Positions 14,844 through 22,574 of a DNA stretch of 34,410 nt are shown piece by piece. This DNA is from Planctomycetota bacterium. Lineage in GTDB: Bacteria > Planctomycetota > GCA-002687715 > CAIWVZ01. Positions within the stretch are counted from its first letter, which is position 1. The number at the start of each line of letters is the position of its first letter. A program made the position numbers and the translations under genes. The notes under the pieces are model-generated. The model was not told the origin of the DNA and did not search any database. It saw nothing but the letters and a program-made list of their open reading frames with translations. Location: positions 1 to 34,410 of the forward strand of contig JAFMJN010000003.1 in assembly GCA_017853435.1 (NCBI GenBank), read 5' to 3'.

Positions 14844-16343
14844 ATGCGAACGCCCAAGTTCCTCTTCCCGCTGCTCGTCCTCGTCCTCGCCTCGGTCCTG
14901 CCCGCTCAGATGTCCATCTTCAAAATGAAGAACGGCAAGGAGCAGAAGGGCATCATCGTCGAAGAGACGTCGGGGTCCTACAAGATCGAAACCCCCGAAG
15001 GCAAGACGATCCGCATCAACCGCGCCGACGTCGACGTCGTCGAGGAGACGAACAAGACCGGCAACGACGACCTCGACAAGATGCTCGAGTCGATCGACCG
15101 CACGGACCCGGACGCGATGCTGAAGGTCGCGACGGCCGCCAAGGAGAAGAAGCTCTCCGTGTGGAAGGCGTTGGCGCGATCGGCCCTCAAGGACGCGCCC
15201 GACCACGAGGGACTGAATCTCCTCCTCGGCCACGTGAAAGTCGGCGACCGTTGGTACACCGACAAGAAGGAAGGCGAAGAAGCCCGGGCCAAGGCGATGG
15301 CCGCCGAGATGAAGGAGAAGGGCTACCTCCGCGTCGACGGAGGCTTCATCAAGAAGGAAGACAAAGCCGCTTGGGACAAGGACAAGTCCAAGTGGATGAA
15401 GGACGATGACGGCATTTGGCGCCCGAAGGACGAAGTGATGAAGTCGAAGGGCTTCATTCTCCGCAAGGGCCAGTGGGTCAAACTCGGTTCCGAAGAAGAC
15501 CAAGCCGACGCCGAGAAGTTCAAGCAGCTCATGGGCGACGACATCTGGATTCAGACGTCGACGCACTTCCGCCTCTTCGTGCAGGGCTTCGAACCGGACG
15601 TCGTGGCCGGATTCTCGAAGGAAGTCGAATCCACCTACGAGTGGTTCCTGACGCAGATGGGCAAGCCGAAAGACTTCCCCCTCTGGGGCGAGCGCAAGGC
15701 GGACATCTGGGTCTTCAAGGACATCCCCACGAAGAACCAGTGGCTGAAGCACTACAAGAATCGCTACGGTATGAGCGATGAAACGGCCTCGTTCTTCGAG
15801 AAGGCCCACAACTTCATCGGCGGCATGCTCGGCGGCATCACGCCGGATCAGGGCGAAGATCTCCGCAACCAACTCGTGCACATCTCGTCCCACTTCATGA
15901 TTTCGGCCTTCTCGCGCGGTCTCAAAGGTACGCCGCAGTGGCTGAGCGAAGGTTGGGCCCACTACGCCGAGCACACGCGGCTCGGCAACGGCCACGTCTG
16001 CTGCTCGACGAAGTCGCAGTACGGCGGCGACGGCGGCAAGGCCGAGAAGAAATTCACCACGAAGGACGCGAAGGATCGCTGCAAGGGCTTGGTCCGCCAA
16101 GGTGCGGCGCCGCCCTTCGAGTCGCTGTCGAAGCTCGGCCTGAACGAACTCTCCGGCGATCACCTCTCGAAGGGTTACTCGGTCATCGACTGGCTGATGA
16201 CGACGCAGAAAGAAGCGTTCGTCGCGTGGCTCGAAGGCATGAACACCGCCGATCAGCAGGCCGCGCTCGGCGACGCCTTCAAGGGATGGACCTTCGGTGC
16301 CCTCGACGGCGAGTGGGGCAAGATGGTCAAGCAGAAGTACTGA
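14844..16343 (+). CDS. Secreted protein with a C-terminal gluzincin/peptidase-MA-like domain and degenerate HExxH
   Basis: Signal peptide MRTPKFLFPLLVLVLASVLPA-Q; Lys-rich N-terminal half with G-[HYF]-x-x-x-x-G-x-[WF]-like repeats; LVHISSH followed by PQWLSEGWAHY. Strongly biased codon usage. TAGACT -10 candidate at 14804. Confidence 0.8.
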   Translation: MRTPKFLFPLLVLVLASVLPAQMSIFKMKNGKEQKGIIVEETSGSYKIETPEGKTIRINRADVDVVEETNKTGNDDLDKMLESIDRTDPDAMLKVATAAKEKKLSVWKALARSALKDAPDHEGLNLLLGHVKVGDRWYTDKKEGEEARAKAMAAEMKEKGYLRVDGGFIKKEDKAAWDKDKSKWMKDDDGIWRPKDEVMKSKGFILRKGQWVKLGSEEDQADAEKFKQLMGDDIWIQTSTHFRLFVQGFEPDVVAGFSKEVESTYEWFLTQMGKPKDFPLWGERKADIWVFKDIPTKNQWLKHYKNRYGMSDETASFFEKAHNFIGGMLGGITPDQGEDLRNQLVHISSHFMISAFSRGLKGTPQWLSEGWAHYAEHTRLGNGHVCCSTKSQYGGDGGKAEKKFTTKDAKDRCKGLVRQGAAPPFESLSKLGLNELSGDHLSKGYSVIDWLMTTQKEAFVAWLEGMNTADQQAALGDAFKGWTFGALDGEWGKMVKQKY

Positions 16344-16361
16344 TCGATCCGCTTCTTGAAC

Positions 16362-16396
16362 GAAGAAGGCCCCGACGTCCCGTCGGGGCCTTCTTC
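16362..16396. terminator. Inverted repeat between convergent genes, probable bidirectional terminator
   Basis: GAAGAAGGCCCCGACG-tcc-CGTCGGGGCCTTCTTC, a perfect 16-bp stem between the stops at 16343 (+) and 16411 (-). Confidence 0.8.
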
Positions 16397-16410
16397 ATTT
16401 CGAGGTGCGA

Positions 16411-18948
16411 TCAACCCGCCGATTTGCGCGGCGTCAGAAGAACGGCGTTCAGGAACAGACGCGACAGCGCGTGCCATCCGCCGCGGAAGTTCGGGTCTTC
16501 GGCGAAGAGCACCGCCGCGCCATCCCCCGAAGGCACCATCGTGATGTAGGACTTGCCGCGCAGGTGCTTCTCGTCTTCGTCGTGGACGTACCCCGCGATC
16601 GGAGGAGCATCGGCGAACCAGGCGACGTGAACGCCGGGCCCCGCCGGGTCGAAGGCGGAAAGCCCGCCTTTGAATCCGACGATTTCGGCGTCGTAGCCGA
16701 AGGCGAGCGGCTGCGCGGGATCGAGTTCGACGCGGAACACCGCGCCCGGAGCTTGGCGACGACGTTCGAGATCCTCGCGCTCTTCGGTCATGCGAACCGG
16801 ACGCGAGGTGGCCTTGCGCTCCGGCGACACCACCTTCGCGTCGACGAATCCATCCTTGCCGACGCTCGCCAACGCGGCGCTTCCGAGAAGCACCACCGCT
16901 CCCCCATCCTTCATGAACGCGCGGAGGGCGTCCTTCGTCGCGGCTTTGGTCACGCCGGGGCCCTCGGAAAAGACCACCGCGGTGGCGCCCGCGAGGGTGC
17001 GCGCCGACAGCGCCTCTTCGGTCACGATCGAATACGGGATCTTCCACACGACGTCGAGCAGATGGCGGGTCGACCCGAACGCCGTCGCGTCACGTCCCCT
17101 GCCGCCGACGAGCAACACGCGCGGGGTGTTCAGAAGTTGAAAGGCGGTCGAACCCAAGTCGACGCCTTCGAGCGACAAACCACCCGCGACGGGAACGACG
17201 TCGGCACCGGAGGCCGCGGCGGCCGCCGCCACGAGGGCTTCGACGTTCGCGCCGTTTTCGTGCCGACGCACGAGGAACGCGCCACGCGGATGCGCCTTGC
17301 CTCCGTGCGTGAAGGGCTTGGTTCCGACGCGGATCTTGACCGATTTTCCGAGCAAATCCGTGACGGCGGCCATCGACGCCGACGACGCGGCATCCAACAT
17401 CCATCCGACGTTCGAAGGGCCCGCCGCGATGGCCCCCGGACGGGACGCGATCGAGTCGACCGCTTCGGTGGGTACGGAGATCGGCTCGGGAGATTCGAAA
17501 CACGGGACTCCGAAGGCGATGGGCAAACTCCAAGCGGAGACGTCGTAGAAGAACAGTTCCCGGATCTCGGTCTTGGGTTCGAGCAACGTCTTCGCGAGGC
17601 GCTTCAACGGTTGCTCGAGCGACACGACGTAACTCCCCGCCGCGAACGTTCGTTCCTTGACGTCAACGCCGTGGACGTCCTTCAAGCGCGGCAGCGTCGC
17701 GGGTCCGGTGGTCCGACGCACCTCGATGCCTTGAAGGCGTAGATTCGCCGCGAGCGCGTCGGCACGACGGGGATCCTTGCCCGCATCGAGCACGAAGGCG
17801 CGCACCGATCCCCCGCGACCTTCCTCCACCGCGGTCCGTCGGAAATCGTGCCAATCACGGAGCAATTCTTCCCGACGGGAGACCGCCGTCCCGATGGTGG
17901 CGAACACCGCCCTCTCATGATGACGCAGGCGTTCGAGCAGAGTCATCACGCGTCCGTCGTCGCGGCGATACGCCGCTCCGGCGCGGCTGTTGCCCGCCAT
18001 TTCGTAGGTCATTCCGATGGCGCCGTTCAGCGACGGCCACGAATCTCCGTAGCCCGGATAGAACAGATCGAAATCTTCCCCCGTGTACCACGGAGCTCCG
18101 ACCGCGTCGAACGCGGCGGCGTTGCCTTCGCCGAAGATCCGCCCCCACTTGACGGTCATCGGAGGAAAGTTCGCGTTGACGGGCTTCGTCGCCGGAAAGA
18201 AGAAGTAAGTCGAATCCGGGCTCATCTCGTGGATGTCCGCGTGCACCTGCGGAGACCACGCGGTGAAGCGCGGAAGGCGCGACTTCGTTTCGGGCTGCGA
18301 AGCGAAGGCCCAATCGCGATTCAGGTCGAAGCACCAGTGGTTGAAGCGCCCACCGGGCCAAGGTTCGACGTGTTCCATCGACGCGCGGTCGGGATCGGGG
18401 GTCGTACCGACGACGGAGCGGTACCAATCGACGTAGCGGGAATGTCCGTCGGGATTGAGGCATGGATCCATGACGACGACGGAGCGTTCGAGCCAGTTCT
18501 TCGTTTCCGCGTCGTCGGCGGTCGCGAGGCGACGGCATACCGCGACGAACGCTTCGGTCCCCGATGCTTCATTCCCATGAACATTGAATGAAATCCACAC
18601 GACGCAGGGAAGATCCTTGATCGTGGACGTCGCATCCGCCCCCTGCGGACCGACGCGAACGTCGCCGAGGGCTCGCAACTTGGCGCGGATGTCGTCCATC
18701 CGCGCGTGGTTTTCCGGAGAGGACGCGACGACGAGACGCAACGGACGCCCCTCCGGGGTCGTCCCGTAGGATTCCGTCGCGATGCGATCGCTGGCGGCGT
18801 CGACCGCGTCGACCCAACGCATCACCTCTTCGTGACGCGAGAACACCGTTCCGAACGGACGACCGAAGAAGGCGTCCGGTTCGGGAACCGCCGCGGACTG
18901 GGCGAACACGGAACACACCGCGACGAAAATGGCGAGAGCGACGCGCAT
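16411..18948 (-). CDS. Secreted M14-family zinc carboxypeptidase with a C-terminal glutamine-amidotransferase-like fold domain
   Basis: Signal peptide; YGTTPEGRPL, VHGNE (HxxE), CLNPDG, DLNRDW, DIHEM, YPGYG, GMTYE, FYDVSAWSLP, DPNFRG. Confidence 0.9.
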   Translation of the reverse strand: MRVALAIFVAVCSVFAQSAAVPEPDAFFGRPFGTVFSRHEEVMRWVDAVDAASDRIATESYGTTPEGRPLRLVVASSPENHARMDDIRAKLRALGDVRVGPQGADATSTIKDLPCVVWISFNVHGNEASGTEAFVAVCRRLATADDAETKNWLERSVVVMDPCLNPDGHSRYVDWYRSVVGTTPDPDRASMEHVEPWPGGRFNHWCFDLNRDWAFASQPETKSRLPRFTAWSPQVHADIHEMSPDSTYFFFPATKPVNANFPPMTVKWGRIFGEGNAAAFDAVGAPWYTGEDFDLFYPGYGDSWPSLNGAIGMTYEMAGNSRAGAAYRRDDGRVMTLLERLRHHERAVFATIGTAVSRREELLRDWHDFRRTAVEEGRGGSVRAFVLDAGKDPRRADALAANLRLQGIEVRRTTGPATLPRLKDVHGVDVKERTFAAGSYVVSLEQPLKRLAKTLLEPKTEIRELFFYDVSAWSLPIAFGVPCFESPEPISVPTEAVDSIASRPGAIAAGPSNVGWMLDAASSASMAAVTDLLGKSVKIRVGTKPFTHGGKAHPRGAFLVRRHENGANVEALVAAAAAASGADVVPVAGGLSLEGVDLGSTAFQLLNTPRVLLVGGRGRDATAFGSTRHLLDVVWKIPYSIVTEEALSARTLAGATAVVFSEGPGVTKAATKDALRAFMKDGGAVVLLGSAALASVGKDGFVDAKVVSPERKATSRPVRMTEEREDLERRRQAPGAVFRVELDPAQPLAFGYDAEIVGFKGGLSAFDPAGPGVHVAWFADAPPIAGYVHDEDEKHLRGKSYITMVPSGDGAAVLFAEDPNFRGGWHALSRLFLNAVLLTPRKSAG

Positions 18949-19012
18949 GGAATCTCCCCGACCGTCCGTGCGGAACGGTCACTGCGGATTCTAGACCGCT
19001 CGACGCGCCCGG

Positions 19013-19366
19013 TCAGCCTCGACGACGACCGCGCAGGTAGGCGCCGAGCGCGAACACGAAGAGGGCGACGGTCCCGACGAGGATGACGATCGCGGTCCCC
19101 TCGCGTTGCCCCTCGGGGGTCGGGGTCGCGGCTTGCGTCCGTTTGGCCAAGTCTCGGGAGAGCCTTCCGGCATCGGCGTCGAAACCCCGGCCGCGTTCGG
19201 AGGGAATCGGTTCGACATCCGGAGCCGGGCGCGATGCGGGAATCGGGACGTCCGGAAACAAAGGAGGGTCGGCGATACGCCCGGATGGGCGGGTGGAGGG
19301 GCCCTGCGCGAACACGGAGGCCGCCAGGATCAGCCCGAACGGGAGGGACGTCGCGAGGCGCCTCAC
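19013..19366 (-). CDS. Small exported protein (117 aa) with a Pro/Ser/Thr-rich linker and C-terminal membrane anchor
   Basis: GTG start overlaps the upstream stop (GTGA at 19363-19366). MRRLATSLPFGLILAASVFA-Q signal peptide, low-complexity body, TAIVILVGTVALFVFALGAYL TM and RGRRRG tail. It is the 3' part of track ORF 19013..19921. Confidence 0.7.
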   Translation of the reverse strand: MRRLATSLPFGLILAASVFAQGPSTRPSGRIADPPLFPDVPIPASRPAPDVEPIPSERGRGFDADAGRLSRDLAKRTQAATPTPEGQREGTAIVILVGTVALFVFALGAYLRGRRRG

Positions 19367-22341
19367 CGTCTGTTCTCGGCCTCTTCGGCGAGGCGGCGCC
19401 CCTCTTCGAGGGCGGCGTTCAAGAACGGCGCGTCCGTCGCGCTGCGGAACGGTGCGAGGGCGGTCAGGCGAACGACGTCCGCGAAACCGCGCGCCGCGTC
19501 GTCGCGACGCCCGAGTCGGCGCTCGGCGAGAGCCTTGAAGTACCGCGCACGCACCTGCAACCGATCCGGGAGCGTCGGAATCCACTCGGAGATGCGCGCC
19601 ACCACGTCTTCGAGTCGAGCGACGTCCATGGCGGCGTCGGCGTCCACCGCGAGGTAGCCGACGATGCGGCGCAGCCGCGCATCCGCGTTCAGCGGATCGA
19701 GGGCGGCGACGCGTTCCCAAAGCACGGTCGCTTTCGTGAGAAACTGAGGCGGCAACGACGGGTCTTCGTAGAGGGAGGCGATCCAGGACGTGATCACCGG
19801 ATCCCGCGACGCCTCCGCCTCGGCGGATTCGAGCCACGCGATGGCCCGTACGCCGTCCTCGGGACGCGTCCGACGCGCGAGCAGGAGAGCCGCCGCCGCC
19901 ACCTTGCCGAACGGCTGCCATCCCGACGGGCTACGTTCGATCGCCAATTCGAAGCAGGTCAACGCACGCTCTTCGAGACGCATCTGAAGCAGAATGCGAC
20001 CGAGGATGAGGTAGGGCTCGGGAGCGTCGGGAACGACGGCCACGGCCCGACGCGCCTGCGCGAGCGCGTCCATCCGCCGATCTTCTCCGAGGGCGAAATA
20101 GAGATTCGCGCAAAGGACCCGCGCGTTGCCGGAACCGGGATCCATCGCGCACGCGCGACGCCCCTCGATTTCGGCTTCGTGGAACATGCCGCCGACCGAC
20201 AGCGTTTGGATGCGTTCGAGACTCGCCGAACCATGGGTGGTGTCGCGCAGCGTCGCTTCGGAGAGCGCACCGACCGCCTTCGGGATCGCTTCCTCGCGCA
20301 CGCGGGGATCGCCCGAAACGGCGCGGGACCAACCCACTCCCGAGTGGTGAAGGCGCGACGCCTTCACCCGCGCATGGGCAGCGAGACCGACGACCGCCGC
20401 GAACGCCAAGGCGACGAAGAAGAGACCACGGAAGGCCGCGGGACCGATCGACACGCGCCCGACCGCCGTCGCGGCGACGAGCAATCCGGCGATCGGCGCC
20501 GTCGCCGCGCAAGCGGCCTCGACCGGTCGTCCGTCGACCCAAAGAGCCGCAAGTCCCCAAGGCGCGACCACGCCGAAGAGCGCGGCGACCCCGGCGCGAC
20601 CGAAACGTCGGGAGCGCCATGCGTCGAGCGCCCCGACCACCGCCCACGGCGCGATCGCCGCGGGCACGAGGGCCAACGGGGCTTTCGCGAGGAGTGCGAA
20701 GACGGCACCTGCGATGCCCGCGAAGATCGCCGCCGTTCCCGCATCGGCTCCTTCTTGGAAAACATCCGACAACGCGAGTCCGACCAACAATGCGAGCAGC
20801 ACGACTCCACCGCCCGCCTTGAACGGAAACGAGAAGAACGACACCACGACGAGTCCCACGACCGCGAGGGCGACGGCGGCCGCGGTCCACGCTCCGTCGT
20901 CGGCCCCTTTCCGGATGGTGCCGTAGAGACGCGCCGCGGCGACGGCGGCGACGACCGTGAGAAGCATCGCGCCGAGAAACCCGCGTTCGACGAGCCACTC
21001 GAGCGCTTCTTGATGCGCGTGATCGGGACGTCGGGCGAGCGTGTACGTGCCCGGTGCATGACGGGCCACGGCCGACTGGAATTCCGGGTAGCGGAGCGCC
21101 CACGTCGCCGGGCCGGTACCCGTCATCGCCCCGAGCATGCGCTCGACGTCGGTCCCAGGACGGCGAAGGATCGCGCGCGAGTTCTCCCAAAGAACCAGAC
21201 GTTCCGAAACGGTGTCGCGACGGGGATCGTCCCCCGAAAAGGCGAGCCTGACTCGTGTCAACAACGGTTCGCGAGGGCCGCCGCCGCGCGCGGTTCCCGG
21301 CAACGACGCGTCGACCCAAAGCACCGCACCGAGAAGAACACCCCCCGCTCCGCATGCGGCGAGCGCGATGCGAAGACGACGGCCGGGTGTTTCGCGAAGG
21401 ACGACGATCGCGACGGCACACGCCGCGACGACGAAGAGAGCGACCCAAGGTCCCCGTGTCCCGGTGGCGACGAGGTAAACGGCCATCACCGCGCCCGCGG
21501 AGAATCTCAGCGCGGCACCGAGGAAACGGCGCGGCCATCGCAAAGGGCCGCGCGCCGCCGCGACGTGCGCGCACGCACCGACCACCGTGGCGGTGAAGCA
21601 GGCGGTCACGCATTCGGCCGCGACGTTCGGATGTCCGAACACCGAGGCGGGCCCGTCGTTGCGCGGCAGAAGTGCGAACGGTCGAAGCGGGCCCGTCGCT
21701 TCGAGCAACGGTCCCACGATGAAGGAGAAAGGCCCCGATAGACGCGCGGCGGCCTCCGGCGACGCCAACGACGCCAACGCGCCGTGCAGCGCGGCCGCGA
21801 CCGGCGCGAAGACGCCGAAGCGTTCGAAATCCGGAGTCGAAGGAAATCCCCACGTGTCGAACGCGCCGCGAGAACCGGATGCGGGTTCCACTTGAGCGAG
21901 TCCCACCAACGCCGCCACGACGCCCACGACGCCGAAGACGTCGAGCCATCGTCGAGCCGCCGCCGGATGCCGTCCGGCTCCCCACGCGAGAAAGACCGCG
22001 GGCAGGGCGACGCCCGCCTCGAGCATCAACGCTTCGACCGACCTCCCGGGCCAGCCCGCAAGCCACGCCGCAACGGCGCCCGAAACGGGGATGAAGGCGC
22101 CGACGAGGAGGATCGCGGGAACTTTTTCGCCGGATCGGGCCCCCCTGAGGCATTCGAAAGCCGCGAGCAGCGTCAGCCCGACCCCGAGAATCGCCCATTT
22201 GGGGGGGCCGAAGGGCTCATGGGCATCCCGGTCGTAGGCGAGGACGCCGACGAGGACCACGGCGGCGGAAAGCCATCCGAAAAGCCGCGACGCCCCCGGT
22301 CCACGGGACGCATCGCCCGAAAATGTGATCCGCGACAGCAA
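19363..22341 (-). CDS. O-antigen ligase-like (Wzy_C/WaaL/PglL-like) membrane protein with C-terminal TPR repeats
   Basis: Many TMs; F-x-x-PK, SVFGHPN, TGTRGPW, ERLVLW, GTGPATW..YP, HAHQEALEWLVERGFLG; C-terminal TPR-like helices. Start placed at TTG 22341, downstream of TG-g-TAGGAT (-10 hexamer at 22362-22367); exact start uncertain. Confidence 0.8.
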   Translation of the reverse strand: MLSRITFSGDASRGPGASRLFGWLSAAVVLVGVLAYDRDAHEPFGPPKWAILGVGLTLLAAFECLRGARSGEKVPAILLVGAFIPVSGAVAAWLAGWPGRSVEALMLEAGVALPAVFLAWGAGRHPAAARRWLDVFGVVGVVAALVGLAQVEPASGSRGAFDTWGFPSTPDFERFGVFAPVAAALHGALASLASPEAAARLSGPFSFIVGPLLEATGPLRPFALLPRNDGPASVFGHPNVAAECVTACFTATVVGACAHVAAARGPLRWPRRFLGAALRFSAGAVMAVYLVATGTRGPWVALFVVAACAVAIVVLRETPGRRLRIALAACGAGGVLLGAVLWVDASLPGTARGGGPREPLLTRVRLAFSGDDPRRDTVSERLVLWENSRAILRRPGTDVERMLGAMTGTGPATWALRYPEFQSAVARHAPGTYTLARRPDHAHQEALEWLVERGFLGAMLLTVVAAVAAARLYGTIRKGADDGAWTAAAVALAVVGLVVVSFFSFPFKAGGGVVLLALLVGLALSDVFQEGADAGTAAIFAGIAGAVFALLAKAPLALVPAAIAPWAVVGALDAWRSRRFGRAGVAALFGVVAPWGLAALWVDGRPVEAACAATAPIAGLLVAATAVGRVSIGPAAFRGLFFVALAFAAVVGLAAHARVKASRLHHSGVGWSRAVSGDPRVREEAIPKAVGALSEATLRDTTHGSASLERIQTLSVGGMFHEAEIEGRRACAMDPGSGNARVLCANLYFALGEDRRMDALAQARRAVAVVPDAPEPYLILGRILLQMRLEERALTCFELAIERSPSGWQPFGKVAAAALLLARRTRPEDGVRAIAWLESAEAEASRDPVITSWIASLYEDPSLPPQFLTKATVLWERVAALDPLNADARLRRIVGYLAVDADAAMDVARLEDVVARISEWIPTLPDRLQVRARYFKALAERRLGRRDDAARGFADVVRLTALAPFRSATDAPFLNAALEEGRRLAEEAENRR

Positions 22342-22574
22342 GTTTTCCCGTCCCCGTGCCGATCCTACCAGTAGGGCGGCCGCCACCGAGATTCCTTCAC
22401 ACCCTTTTTTTGCTCCTGACCCTCGTCGGGAACGGGACTTATGGTAAAAAGACTTCGGTTGAGACGGCTTTGTCCAAGGGAAAAGGGACGGGCCGTTTCG
22501 CACAGAAACCATGGATCCGACGTCCGCGGGCAACACTCGCGGGTGACGGCGTTTAGGTTGGGAGAACACGTTCG

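Noticed and set aside
22478-22495. GGGAAAAGGGACGGGCC resembling part of a c-di-GMP-I riboswitch
   Set aside because: The GCAAA elements and the tetraloop/receptor arrangement are absent. Kept only as an unassigned structured leader.
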